Assembly (NCBI GenBank): GCA_010909165.1
Contig: MU008170.1
Span: forward strand, 992,001-1,056,000
Length of the DNA stretch: 64,000 nucleotides
Reading direction: 5' to 3'
Source of the DNA: Anthoceros angustus
Lineage: Eukaryota > Plantae > Anthocerotophyta
Made by a program: the position numbers and the translations under genes. A model generated the notes under the pieces. That model saw nothing but the letters and a program-made list of their open reading frames with translations. It was not told where the DNA came from and searched no databases. Below are positions 23,281 to 37,179 of this stretch, piece by piece. The first letter of the stretch is position 1. The number at the start of each line of letters is the position of its first letter.

Positions 23281-24779
23281 TGCTTGACTAACCTTCCGCT
23301 TGCGTTTGGGATCGTGTTTGAGCTCGGAAGTGAGATCAAGATTCGGAAGTGAGATGAGGAGTCAAAGTGTGAGCTCCTCTTCACTCGAGAAGGTCACCAG
23401 AGGATCCTTCAACCTTAGCGACTAAGGATCTAAATACTCCTATGTGTTTTCGGAATCACCTCAATGCCGCCATTACACTAATGACATTTCGTCACGCATA
23501 CAGTCCTTCAACCTCTTCCGGATCTGCGGTGACATTTCAACATTTCAACATGCCTCTACATTTCGGATGTTACGACTAACCATGCTTCGTGAAATCCCTC
23601 AGATTGGTTTTTCAGCAATTCGCATACTATGTAGATTATCGCAAGTGAAGGCCTATCGAAACTCTATACCTATTGCGTCTATTAGAAATTAGCTCGGCGA
23701 GGCGCCATCGGGCGCTGGATTGGCCATTTCATTAGGCTGACTTTGTCGCTAATATGCAAGAACTCGCATATCATTGTATTACAAATCTTTATATGTAGCT
23801 CGCTAATCAGTAGCTTGTCCTAGTGTATCTCCATTGAATTGCGTAGCAATCCAAAGGAAGTACACTAGGATTCCTACCTAGATTCGCAGTTGCTATAAAA
23901 TTTTCAACCGTATACCCCGGCCTAGGTTGAACTCACTACTCCGACCATGGAGTAGCGAGATTGTATACATGTCCCGAGGCCCTTGATGAGTCGGCCAATT
24001 TTACCCCTGCAGTCTACCTAACATGCATATATAGCCCTACATGCAATATCTAGAAAACGGAATTCCCATGGTTCAAGGAAGTTGCCTTCCTCGGCCCTCG
24101 AAATAGGTTTCTATCTACATGCTACTTTTCCCAAGGACCAAGGAACATCCTTCCGAAACCCCAAGACCAAGGACTAGGTTTCTATCTACATACCATTTTC
24201 CCAAGGACCAAGGAACATCCTTCCAACCTCAAGACCAAGGACTCGAAATAGGCTTCTATCTACTTGCTACTTTCCCAAGGACCAAGGAACATCATTCAAA
24301 CCCCAAGACCAAGGACTTGAGTCTGCTTTCTTCCCAAACCCCAAAGACCAAGGACTTGAATCCTACCTATTTGAATAGATAGGACTACGGACTCGTGTAG
24401 CGGACTTGAGCGGCCACCGCTTCTCGGTGTGACCACACCAAGTAACCGGCCCTCCCATCACCACTTCCTAGGACTCCCCTCTTGTGCGTGGGAAACTAGG
24501 CGAGGTAAGAGGAGCTCTCGCTCACGACATTCTGCAAGGAGTCCGGTGAGGTCCTCGGGTTAAACAACATGTTCAAGCCGACTTGTTGGATGAGAAGCTT
24601 GTTTCTTTGAATATGCAGTGGGTCATTGTGCTTCTCCTTCCAAGTCGAGCTCTCGGCAAAGCGAGCACAGGAGGTGTGCGGATTGGATATGGGAGTCGTG
24701 ACACTGTAACCATCGACGTTATGTGAGTAGGGAAAGCTTCGAGGCCGTTGGAGCTCAGAAAATCTAGCGTAGATAGACT

Positions 24780-25560
24780 ATTCTATTCCTCACCCATCTT
24801 ATATGTCGTGCTAAAACTTTGTGCGATAAGAAGGACATGGTTGTGGGATGACGCGTTCATGATCTCACATCAAACTTGGGTACGAGTCAATCACATACTT
24901 GGGGAACCATATCTTGCGATGTATGTATCCGGAGGTAGGCTACGGAGGGTGGGCAAACCAAATCCCTTCATGTGGTTTTCAATAATCTCCGCACATGCTA
25001 CACATGGGGAGCCTAATGAGGCGATACAACTTTACTATGCGATGTGTCGCTCGGTGTGAAGGCGGATGCCCACATCTTTGTAGCACCCTTCAAGCTTGTG
25101 CATTTGTGGACACGGAATCTAGCGAAAAGTGCGCATGATATGTTGCAGTGACATTCCACCGAACTTGTTTATTGCCAATCGGTGGACATGTACGCAAACC
25201 GGTGAATCGGAAGAGGCAAACACGGTTTTCGATAGGTTAGCGTAAAGGATGTCGTGACATGGACGGCCCCGATAGTTGGGTATGCAAATCATGGGCTTGG
25301 CCAAGAGGCGCTTGTTCGTATGGACAAATGGAGAAGGAGGGCTGATTGTGGGCAACCATGTTACCTTTGCTTGCCTTCCAAGGCTGTGCAAACGCAAGTG
25401 CCTTACGGTGCACTCCGCATTGTGGAGAGAGGGCTAGATAACACACTTGTGGGCACTTGCGGTGGACATGTAGGCAAAGTGTGGCGAAGTAGAAGATGCG
25501 CATCAAGTTTTTCAATGCTTGAGCATTCTCGTCTTGCAAAGCGTGCGATGTCGGTTGCAA
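24780..25560 (+). pseudogene. 5' part of a PLS-class PPR gene, unit B copy 2
   Basis: KPNPFMWFSIISAHATHGEPNEAIQLYYAM, DVVTWTAPIVGYANHGLGQEALVRM, NHVTFACL, IVERGLDNTLVG. Confidence 0.85.
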
Positions 25561-28500
25561 CTTTGTTGTCCACTCGCATTTTCTCATGGCTTCAACATCC
25601 ATCTGCATAATTGCCACACTACATCTCTTTCACATTTCACATGGATGCACATGTGGGGGAAAGCGTAGAACATCAACACAGGCGTCCCGGATAGCGACAA
25701 CCAAAAGAGCGAGGAGAAGAGGGCTGGCGATGGAAGCGAGATCGGTAGAATACCCAAGGCTTAATGGCTCCGGTACTCCTTAGTGTATTCATGGATGCTA
25801 GTTCATATGGCTTCTCGCATCAAGAAATCACGTTACGATTCTGATGTCCAATTTTTGGTGGAAGTTGTTTGACTAAATGACACATGAAGAGGACTGCATG
25901 TCTCTTGCACGAAGGTGGTGCATGTCTCTTGCTTGAAGGTGGTGCATCTCTCTTGCCCGAGGGTGTTGTGGAGTCTTGGTTGCGGCACTCCGCCTGCCGT
26001 TCCTAACTCTTGCTATGATTTATGTGAGAGCACGAAAGCAAGTGGTACGACTTGGGGAACCGTGGCTTGTGTCTCTCTCAGCCGGTGGCTCTGTGAATTT
26101 GTCAATGGCACTACGCTTACAATGTGAATTTGTCAATGGCACTGGAAGCCCGATCGAGGCGTATACAACGTGCAAGATCGCTTTGCAATGGACCTTGTAT
26201 ATGAGACTACGTTGTGAATTTGGTGTAAAGCGTGCGAGGCTGATCCGGCCTTGTCATACATTTTACAACATACAAGTGCGCTTTGCAATGGATCGTGTTG
26301 TAAATTAGACTATGTTGTAAAATTCGTGGGAGGCCTATCTTGGCCTCTCTTAAACGCTTACAATGTACGTGAGGTTTGCAATGGATCGTGTTGTAAATTA
26401 GATTAGGTTGTACGTATGTTGTAAAACATGAGAGAGGCGATCCGGCCGTCTCAAACATTTTACAACGTACAATTGGGCTTTACAGCGGACCGTGTTGTAA
26501 AACACGGTCCGTTAAAGCCCAATTGAATGCTTTGTCTTGGGAGGAGGTGACCGATCGGAGAGAAGGCGGGAGGAGGTGATCGGACAGAGGTGTGTTTGGG
26601 TATACCTCTTCACTCCCACTTGTTGATCATTTTGGAAAGTGATGCTCCAACAACCGGATCATCTCCGGTCCTTGTAGGATGGAGTCGGGTGAAAGCTGCA
26701 GATGCATTGCTCACCGCCGCCCCCTCGCCGGTATATATTCGAGCGTGCTGAGAAACCAGTCCTCACCAGTGCGTTATATTCCTCTTCTTCATCTTCACGC
26801 CTGCAATTGGAGAAGGGGTTGTGGAGCGTAACACGGTCGAGATGTCGTCCTCCTCTAAGGATGCGAACCCCGCCACCGAAGAGACTCCCTAGGCGCTGCG
26901 GCAAGCAAGGCGGCTAGGACAACCTCCTCTGCTGCAAGGGACCCGACACCGCTGCTGCTGCGGGAAGCTCGAGCCGACCAAGAAACGGAGCGCCCTCACA
27001 GCTGTGGCAGTCGAGGACTAGGCGCGAGGCCATAATCGCGGAGGACATGGGAGGTCCTCCATTGCGGCGCTTAGCTTCCACAATTTCTCCCACGCGTGCC
27101 CCTCGCCACTGCGCAAGAGGGAGCTCGGGGCCTCAGCCTGTGGGCCCGAGGCTATGTCTGACGGAGGAGGTGAGGCCCTCACGGCCTCGAATTTCCCTCG
27201 AGGTAACCCCGATAAGGATGTGAAGATTGTGAGCCTAGGCACGTGCGTGCCAGCTCTCCTATCTGTATCGATGCAAGCATACCGTCCGGTCATGAAACGG
27301 ATCGTGTTGTAAAACATGAGAGAGGCTGATCCCCGGGTCATGTTGTAAGTCGCCTGAAGTGACACGGGTTTTGCTTCATCTCTGCTCCTACTCCCACTCG
27401 CTCTAAAGCTATCTAATTGCTTTGTGTCTTGAGGAGGATCATCTTGAGGATTGAGGAGGATCTGTTCCTCCCAAGATTACATGTGCGGTGAGGACTCCGA
27501 TGCTACGAAGGCCTCCAGTCCTCCGACTCGAGAATCCAAAGGAAGAGTCCTCCGAGACGACCAACTGAGGATTAGGTAGCAGGGCATGTAGGCTAGTTGG
27601 GGTTAGATAGGAAAGTTCCGGACTCTCCTAACCCCGGACCTCGAACATGCTTCTCGTGCGGCTCTTTTGAAAGAGCTTTCGTTAATATATCTGCAGGGTT
27701 TTCTTGTGTAGGCACATACTCTTGCTTGAAGGTGGTGCATCTCTCTTGCCCGAGGGTGTTGTGGAGTCTTGGTTGCGCTCCTTCTGTGCCGTTCCTAACT
27801 CTTGCTATGATTTATGTGAGCACGAAAGCAAGTGGTACGACTTGGGGAACCGTGGCTTGTGTCTCTCTGTTGCCGCCGGTGGCTCCGTGAATTTGTCAAT
27901 GGCACTACGCTTACAATGTGAATTTGTCAATGGCACTGGAAGCCCGAGGCGTATACAACGTGCAAGATCGCTTTGCAATGGACCTTGTATATGAGACTAC
28001 GTTGTGAATTTGGTGTAAAACATGAGAGGCTGATCCGGCCTTGTCATACATTTTACAACATACAAGTGCGCTTTGCAATGGATCGTGTTGTAAATTAGAC
28101 TATGTTGTAAAATTCGTGGGAGGCCTATCTTGGCCTCTCTTAAACGCTTACAATGTACGTGAGGTTTGCAATGGATCGTGTTGTAAATTAGATTAGGTTA
28201 TGCGTATGTTGTAAAACATGAGAGAGGCTGATCCGGCCGTCTCAAACATTTTACAACGTACAATTGGGCTTTACAGCGGACCGTGTTGTAAAACACGGTC
28301 CGTTAAAGCCCAATTGAATGCTTTGTCTTGAGGATTGAGGAGGTGACCGATCGGAGAGAAGGCGGGAGGAGGTGATCGGACAGAGGTGTGTTTGGGTATA
28401 CCTCTTCACTCCCACTTGTTGATCATTTTGGAAAGTGATGCTCCAACAACGGATCATCTCCGGTCCTTGTAGGATGGAGTCGGGTGAAAGCTGCAGATGC

Positions 28501-31099
28501 ATTGCGTTGCGTTCGCCCCGACTCCTCGCCGGTATATATTCGAGCGTGCTGAGAAACCAGTCCTCACCAGTGCGTTATATTCCTCTTCTTCATCTTCACG
28601 CCTGCAATTGGAGAAGGGGTTGTGGAGCGTAACACGGTCGAGATGTCGTCCTCCTCTAAGGATGCGAACCCCGCCACCGAAGAGACTCCCTAGGCGCTGC
28701 GGCAAGCAAGGCGGCTAGGACAACCTCCTCTGCTGCAAGGGACCCGACACCGCTGCTGCTGCGGGAAGCTCGAGCCGACCAAGAAACGGAGCGCCCTCCC
28801 ACGCTGTGGCAGTCGAGGACTAGGCGCGAGGCCATAATCGCGGAGGACATGGGAGGTCCTCCATTGCGGCGCTTAGCTTCCACAATTTCTCCCACGCGTG
28901 CCCCTCGCCACTGCGCAAGAGGGAGCTCGGGGCCTCTGACCGTGGGCCCGAGGCTATGTCTGACGGAGGAGGTGAGGCCCTCACGGCCTCGAATTTCCCT
29001 CGAGGTAACCACGATAAGGATGTGAAGATTGTGAGCCTAGGCACGTGCAGCTCAGCTCTCCTATCTGTATCGATGCAAGCATCTTGTCGGTCATGAAGCG
29101 GATCGAGTGCGTGAGGACTCCGATGCAAGCATCTTGTCGGTCATGTTGTAAGTCGCTCTGATGGTGACACGGGTTTTGCTTCATCTCTCCTACTCCCACT
29201 CGCTCTAAAGCTATCTAATTGCTTTGTGTCTTGATGCAGGATCTCTTGAGGATTGAGGAGGATCTGTTCCTCAAGATTACATGTGCGTGAGGACTCCGAT
29301 GCTACGAAGGCCTCCAGTCCTCCGACTCGGAGAATCCAAAGGAAGAGTCCTCCGAGACCCAGTCAGGATTAGGTAGCAGGCATGTAGGCTAGTTGGGGTT
29401 AGATAGGAAAGTTCCGGACTCTCCTAACCCCGGACCTCGAACATGCTTCTCGTGCGGCTCTTTTGAAAGAGCTTTCGTTAATATATCTGCAGGGTTTTCT
29501 TGTGTAGGCACATACTCCGGTTGCTTGACTAACCTTCCGCTTGCGTTTGGGATCGTGTTTGAGCTCGAAGTGAGATCAAGATTCGGAAGTGAGGTGAGGA
29601 GTCAAAGTGTGAGCTCCTCTTCACTCGAAGGTCACCAGAGGATCCTTCAACCTTAGCGACTAAGGATCTAAATACTCCTATGTGTTTTCGGTGGAATCAC
29701 CTCAATGCGCCATTACACTAATGACATTTCGTCCGCAGGTCCTTCAACCTCTTCCGGATCTGCGGTGACATTTCAACATTTCAACATGCCTCTACATTTC
29801 GGATGTTACGACTAACCATGCTTCGTGAAATCCCTCAGAGATTGGTTTTTCAGCAATTCGCATACTATGTAGATTATCGCAAGTGAAGGCCTATCGAAAC
29901 TCTATACCTATTGCGTCTATTAGAAATTAGCTCGGCGAGTCGCCAGCTGGCCCTGGATTGGCCATTTCATTAGGCGACTTTGTGCCGCTAATATGCAAGA
30001 ACTCGCATATCATTGTATTACAAATCTTTATATGTAGCTCGCTAATCAGTAGCTTGTCCTAGTGTATCTCCATTGGAATTGCGAAGGCGCAATCCAAAGG
30101 AAGTACACTAGGATTCCTACCTAGATTCGCAGTTGCTATAAAATTTTCAACCGGTATACTCCACGGCCTAGGTTGAACTCACTACTCCACCATGGAGTAG
30201 CGAGATTATACATGTCCCGACCGGGCCCTTGATGAGTCGGCCAATTTTACCCCTGATCTACCTAACATGCATATATAGCCCTACATGCAATATCTAGAAA
30301 ACGGAATTCCCATGGTTCAAGGAAGTTGCCTTCCTCGGCCCTCGAAATAGGTTTCTATCTACATGCTACTTTTCCCAAGGACCAAGGAACATCCTTCCGA
30401 AACCCCAAGACCAAGGACTAGGTTTCTATCTACATACCATTTTCCCAAGGACCAAGGAACATCCTTCCGAACCCAAGACCAAGGACTCGAAATAGGCTTC
30501 TATCTACTTGCTACTTTCCCAAGGACCAAGGAACATCATTCAAACCTCAAGACCAAGGACTTGAGTCTGCTTCTTCCCAAACCCCAAAGACCAAGGACTT
30601 GAGTCCTACCTATTTGAATAGATAGGACTACGGACTCAGTAGCGGACTTGAGCGGCCACCGCTTCTCGGTGTGACCACACCAAGTAACCGCCTCCCATCA
30701 CCACTTCCTAGGACTCCCCTCTTGTGCGTGGGAAACTAGGCGAGGTAAGAGGAGCTCTCGCTCACGACATTCGGTGCAAGGAGTCCGTGAGGTCCTCGGG
30801 TTAAACAACATGTTCAAGCCACTTGTTGGATGAGAAGCTTGTTTCTTTGAATATGCAGTGGGTCATTGTGCTTCTCCTTCCAAGTCGAGCTCTCCAAAGC
30901 TCGAGCACAGGAGGTGTGCGGATTGGATATGGGAGTCGTGACACTGTAACCATCGACGTTATGTGAGTAGGGAAAGCTCGAGCACAGGAGGTGTGCGGAT
31001 TGGATATGGGAGTCGTGACACTGTAACCATCAAGACGTTATGTGAGTAGGGAAAGCTTCGAGGCCGTTGGAGCTCAGAAAATCGCGTAGATAGACTATT

Positions 31100-31880
31100 C
31101 TATTCCTCACCATTATATGTGCTAAAACTTTGTGCGATAAGAAGGACATGGTTGTGGGATGACGCGTTCATGATCTCACAAACTTGGGTACGAGTCAATC
31201 ACATACTTGGGGAACCATATCTTGCGATGTATGTATCCGGAGGTAGGCTAGGAGGGTGGGCAAACCAAATCCCTTCATGTGGTTTTCAATAATCTCCGCA
31301 CATGCTACACATGGGGAGCCTAATGAGGCGATACAACTTTACTATGCGATGTGTCGCTCGGTGTGAAGGCGGATGCCCACATCTTTGTAGCAGCCCTTCA
31401 AGCTTGTGCATTTTCTTTGTGGACACGAATCTAGCGAAAAGTGCGGCATGATATGTTGCATGACATTCCACCGAACTTGTTTATTGCCAATCGGTGGACA
31501 TGTACGCAAACCGTGGTGAATCGGAAGAGGCAAACACGGTTTTCGATAGGTTAGCGAAAGGATGTCGTGACATGGACGGCCCGATAGTTGGGTATGCAAA
31601 TCATGGGCTTGGCCAAGAGGCGCTTGTTGTATGGACAAATGGAGAAGGAGGGCCGATTGTGGGCAACCATGTTACCTTTGCTTGCCTTCCAAGGCTGTGC
31701 AAACGCAAGTGCCTTACAAGGCGGTGCACTCCTGATTGTGGAGAGAGGACTAGATAACACACTTGTGGGCACTTGCAGTGGACATGTAGGCAAAGTGTGG
31801 CGAAGTAGAAGATGCGCATCAAGTTTTTCAATGCTTGAGCATTCTCGCCTTGCAAAGCGTGCGATGTCGATTGCAACTTT
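31100..31880 (+). pseudogene. 5' part of PLS PPR gene, unit B copy 3
   Basis: Colinear with 24780-25560. Confidence 0.85.
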
Positions 31881-32782
31881 GTTGTCCACTCGCATTTTCT
31901 CATGGCTTCAACATCCGATCCTGCATAATTGCCACACTACATCTCTTTCACATTTCACATGGATGCAACATGGGGAAAGCCGTAGAACATCAACAGGCGT
32001 CCCGGATAGCAACCAAAGAGCGAGGAGAAGAGGGCTGGCGATGGAAGCCGAGATCGGTAGAATACCCAAGGCTTAATGGCTCGGTACTCCTTAGTGTATT
32101 CATGGATGCTAGTTCATATGGCTTCTCGCATCAAGAAATCACGTTCTGAGTTACAGTGTCCAATTTTTGGTGGAAGTTGTTTGACAGCTAAATGACACAT
32201 GAGGAGGACTGAATGTCTCTTGCCTGAAGGTGGTGCATGTCTCTTGCTTGAAGGTGGTGCATCTCTCTTGCCCGAGGGTGTTGTGGAGTCTTGGTTGCGG
32301 CCCGCTTCTGTGCCGTTCCTAACTCTTGCTATGATTTATGTGAGAGCACGAAAGCAAGTGGTACTTGGGGAACCGTGGCTTGTGTCTCTCTCTGCCCGGT
32401 GGCTCGTGAATTTGTCAATGGCACTACGCTTACAATGTGAATTTGTCAATGGCTGGAAGCCCGGAGGCGTATACAACGTGCAAGATCGCTTTGCAATGGA
32501 CCTTGTATATGAGACTACGTTGTGAATTTGGTGTAAACGTGCGAGGCTGATCCGGCCTTGTCATACATTTTACAACATACAAGTGCGCTTTGCAACGGGC
32601 TGTGTTGTAAATTAGACTATGTTGTAAAATTCGTGGGAGGCCTATCTTGGCCTCTCTTAAACGTTTTACAATGTACAGGTGCGGTTTGCAATGGATCGTG
32701 TTGTAAATTAGATTAGGTTGTACGTATGTTGTAAAACATGAGAGAGGCCTGATCCTGGCCGTCTCAAACATTTTACAACGTA

Positions 32783-32840
32783 CAATTGGGCTTTGCAACG
32801 GACCGTGTTGTAAAACACGGTCCGTTGCAAAGCCCAATTG
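32783..32840. other. Perfect 27-bp inverted repeat with 4-nt loop (imperfect copies at 21968-22011, ~26469-26525, ~28260-28316)
   Basis: CAATTGGGCTTTGCAACGGACCGTGTT-GTAA-AACACGGTCCGTTGCAAAGCCCAATTG read directly. Confidence 0.9.
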
Positions 32841-35800
32841 AATGCTTTGTCTTCGAAGCTGGGAGGAGGTGACCGATCGGAGAGAAGCTGGGAGGAGGTG
32901 ACTGATCGGACAGAGGTGTGTTTGGGTATACCTCTTCACTCCCACTTGTTGATCATTTTGGAAAGTGATGCTCCAACAACGGATCATCTCCGGTCCTTGT
33001 AGGATGGAGTCGGGTGAAAGCTGCAGATGCATTGCGTTTCAATTCCTCGCCGGTATATATTCGAGCGTGCGGTGAGAAACCAGTCCTCACCAGTGCGTTA
33101 TATTCCTCTTCTTCATCTTCACGCCTGCAATTGGAGAAGGGGTTGTGGAGCGTAACACGTCGAGATGTCGCCCTCCTCTAAGGATGCGAACCCCGCCAGA
33201 GACTCCCTAGGCCGCTGCGGCAAGCAAGGCGGCTAGGACAACGCCTCCTCTGCTGCAAGGGACCCGGCCGACACTGCGGGAAGCTCGAGCCGACCAAGAA
33301 ACGGAGCGCCCTCCACAACGCGCAGTCGAGGACTAGGCGAGGCCATAATCGCGGAGGACATGGGAGGTCCTCCATTGCGCGCTTAGCTTCCACAATTTCT
33401 CCCACGCGTGCCCCTCGCCACCGCAAAGAGGGAGCTCGGGGCCTGCCTGGGCCCGAGGCTATGTCTGACGGAGGAGGTGAGGCCCTCACGGCCTCGAATT
33501 TCCCTCGAGGTAACCCCGATAAGGATGTGAAGATTGTGAGCCTAGGCAGCAATGCCCGCTCCTATCTCGTATCGATGCAAGCATACCGGGTCGGTCATGA
33601 AACGGATCGAGTGCGAGTTACTGCCCTCGGTCATGTTGTAAGTCGCCATGAAGTGACTGGGTTTTGCTTCATCTCGCTCCTACTCCCACTCGCTCTAAAG
33701 CTATCTAATTGCTTTGTGTCTTGACCGCAGGATCTGCCTTGAGGATTGAGGAGGATCTGTTCCTCTGAAGATTACATGTGCGTGAGGACTCGATGCTACG
33801 AAGGCCTCCAGTCCTCCGACTCGGAGAATCCAAAGGAAGAGTCCTCCGAGATGTAACTGAAATGGGATTAGGTAGCAGGCATGTAGGCTAGTTGGGGTTA
33901 GATAGGAAAGTTCCGGACTCTCCTAACCCCGGACCTCGAACATGCTTCTCGTGCGCTCTTTTGAAAGAGCTTTCGTTAATATATCTGCAGGGTTTTCTTG
34001 TGTAGGCACATACTCCGGTTGCTTGACTAACCTTCCGCTTGCGTTTGGGATCGTGTTTGAGCTCGGAAGTGAGATCAAGATTCGGAAGTGAGATGAGGAG
34101 TCAAAGTGTGAGCTCCTCTTCACTCGAAGGTCACCAGAGGATCCTTCAACCTTAGCGACTAAGGATCTAAATACTCCTATGTGTTTTTCGGTGGAATCAC
34201 CTCAATCGCCATTACACTAATGACATTTCGTCACGCATACAGTCCTTCAACCTCTTCCAGATCTGCGGTGACATTTCAACATTTCAACATGCCTCTACAT
34301 TTCGGATGTTACGACTAACCATGCTTCGTGAAATCCCTCAGATTGGTTTTTCAGCAATCGCATACTATGTAGATTATCGCAAGTGAAGGCCTATCGAAAC
34401 TCTATACCTATTGCGTCTATTAGAAATTAGCTCGGCGAGGCCACTGGCGCTCTGGATTGGCCATTTCATTAGGCTGACTTTGCCGCTAATATGCAAGAAC
34501 TCGCATATCATTGTATTACAAATCTTTATATGTAGCTTAATCGTAGCTTGTCCTAGTGTATCTCCATTGGAATTGCGTAAGGCGCAATCCAAAGGAAGTA
34601 CACTAGGATTCCTACCTAGATTCGCAGTTGCTATAAAATTTTCAACCGTATACTCCGGTTGCTTGACTAACCTTCCGCTTGCGTTTGGGATCTTTGTGTT
34701 TGAGCTCGGAAGTGAGATCAAGATTCGGAAGTGAGGTGAGGAGTCAAAGTGTGAGCTCCTCTTCACTCGAAGGTCACCAGAGGATCCTTCAACCTTAGCG
34801 ACTAAGGATCTAAATACTCCTATGTGTTTTTCGGTGGAATCACCTCAATCGCCATTACACTAATGACATTTCGTCACGCATGGTCCTTCAACCTCTTCCA
34901 GATCTGCGGTGACATTTCAACATTTCAACATGCCTCTACATTTCGGATGTTACGACTAACCATGCTTCGTGAAATCCCTCAGATTGGTTTTTCAGCAATT
35001 CGGCATACTATGTAGATTATCGCAAGTGAAGGCCTATCGAAACTCTATACCTATTGCGTCTATTAGAAATTAGCTCGGCGAGGCCACTGGCGCTCTGGAT
35101 TGGCCATTTCATTAGGCGACTTTGTCGCTAATATGCAAGAACTCGCATATCATTGTATTACAAATCTTTATATGTAGCTCTTCGAGCTTGTCCTAGTGTA
35201 TCTCCATTGGAATTGCGAGGGCGCAATCCAAAGGAAGTACACTAGGATTCCTAGATTCGCAGTTGCTATAAAATTTTCAACCGGTATACTCCCGGCCTAG
35301 GTTGAACTCACTACTCCACCATGGAGTAGCGAGATTGTATACATGTCCCGACCAGCCCTTGATGAGTCGGCCAATTTTACCCCTGCAGTCTACCTAACAT
35401 GCATATATAGCCCTACATGCAATATCTAGAAAACGGAATTCCCATGGTTCAAGGAAGTTGCCTTCCTCGGCCCTCGAAATAGGTTTCTATCTACATGCTA
35501 CTTTTCCCAAGGACCAAGGAACATCCTTCCGAAACCCCAAGACCAAGGACTAGGTTTCTATCTACATACCATTTTCCCAAGGACCAAGGAACATCCTTCC
35601 GAACCCAAGACCAAGGACTCGAAATAGGCTTCTATCTACTTGCTACTTTCCCAAGGACCAAGGAACATCATTCAACCTCAAGACCAAGGACTTGAGTCTG
35701 CTTCTTCCCAAACCCCAAAGACCAAGGACTTGAGTCCTACCTATTTGAATAGATAGGACTACGGACTCGTAGCGGACTTGAGCGGCCACCGCTTCTCGGT

Positions 35801-36149
35801 GTGACCACACCAAGTAACCGCCTCCCATCACCACTTCCTAGGACTCCCCTCTTGTGCGTGGGAAACTAGGCGAGGTAAGAGGAGCTCTCGCTCACGACAT
35901 TCGGTGCAAGGAGTCCGGTGAGGTCCTCGGGTTAAACAACATGTTCAAGCCGACTTGTTGGATGAGAAGCTTGTTTCTTTGAATATGCAGTGGGTCATTG
36001 TGCTTCTCCTTCCAAGTCGAGCTCTCCAAAGCCCGAGCACAGGAGGTGTGCCGGATTGGATATGGGAGTCGTGACACTGTAACCATCGACGTTATGTGAG
36101 TAGGGAAAGCTTCGAGGCCGTTGGAGCTCAGAAAATCGTGATAGACTAT

Positions 36150-36910
36150 TCTATTCCTCACCATCTTATATGTCGTGCTAAAACTTTGTGCGATAAGAAG
36201 GACATGGTTGTGGGATGACGCGTTCATGATCTCACATCAAACTTGGGTACGAGTCAATCACATACTTGGGGAACCATATCTTGCGGATGTATGTATCGGA
36301 GGTAGGCTACGGAGGGTGGGCAAACCAAATCCCTTCATGTGGTTTTCAATAATCTCCGCACATGCTACACATGGGGAGCCTAATGAGGCGATACAACTTT
36401 ACTATGCGATGTGTCGCTCGGTGTGAAGGCGGATGCCCACATCTTTGTAGCACCCTTCAAGCTTGTGCATTTCTTTGTGGACACGAATCTAGCGAGAAAA
36501 GTGCGGCATGATATGTTGCATGTGACATTCCACCGAACTTGTTTATTGCCAATCGTCGGTGGACATGTACGCAAACCGTGGTGAATCGGAAGAGGCAAAC
36601 ACGGTTTTCGATAGGTTAGGCGTAAAGGATGTCGTGACATGGACGGCCCCGATAGTTGGGTATGCAAATCATGGGCTTGGCCAAGAGGCGCTATTTTTGT
36701 ATGGACAAATGGAGAAGGAGGGCGATTGTGGGCAACCATGTTACCTTTGCTTGCCTTCCAAGGCTGTGCAAACGCAAGTGCCTTCTGAAAGGCACCGCAC
36801 TCTGATTGTGGAGAGAGGACTAGATAACACACTTGTGGGCACTTGCCCGGTGGACATGTAGGCAAAGTGTGGCGAAGTAGAAGATGCGCATCAAGTTTTT
36901 CAATGCTTGA
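36150..36910 (+). pseudogene. 5' part of PLS PPR gene, unit B copy 4
   Basis: Colinear with 24780-25560; MDMYANRGESEEANTVFDRLGVKDVVTWTAPIVGYANHGLGQEALFLYGQM. Confidence 0.85.
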
Positions 36911-37160
36911 GCCCAAAGGATGTGGTGACTTGGAATGCCACGATTCTTTGGGTATGGATGAAAGGGCTTGGTCAAGAGGCGCTATTTTTGTATGGACGAA
37001 TGCAACAGGAGGGCTGCTTGTGGTGATGAGGTTACTTTTGCTTGGCTTTTGAAGGCATGTGCAAGCATTGGTGCCTTCTGAAGGCGTAGCGCACTCACTT
37101 GTGCAAAGAGGACATTTGGATAACGTGCTTGTGGGCGCTTCGGTGGACTGGATGCCAAGA
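36910..37160 (+). pseudogene. Additional, distinct PPR motif fragment
   Basis: PKDVVTWNA..LG..GLGQEALFLYGRMQQEG..DEVTFAWLLKACASIGA across frames. Confidence 0.7.
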
Positions 37161-37179
37161 TGCATGCCTCGTTTTGACA

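Larger units (their letters stand above)
20330..36910. repeat. Tandem array of ~4.5-kb cargo unit B (~4 copies; internal 1.8-kb and ~0.6-kb duplications)
   Basis: PPR landmark GGTGGACATGTACGCAAACC near 20663, 25183, 31494, 36559; CTAGTTGGGGTTAGATAGG at 23148, ~27592, ~29389, ~33888. Confidence 0.9.

Noticed and set aside
23150-24430. Complete Copia element inside unit B
   Set aside because: Copia similarity covers only ~130 bp; no RT, integrase, PBS or LTR pair was found
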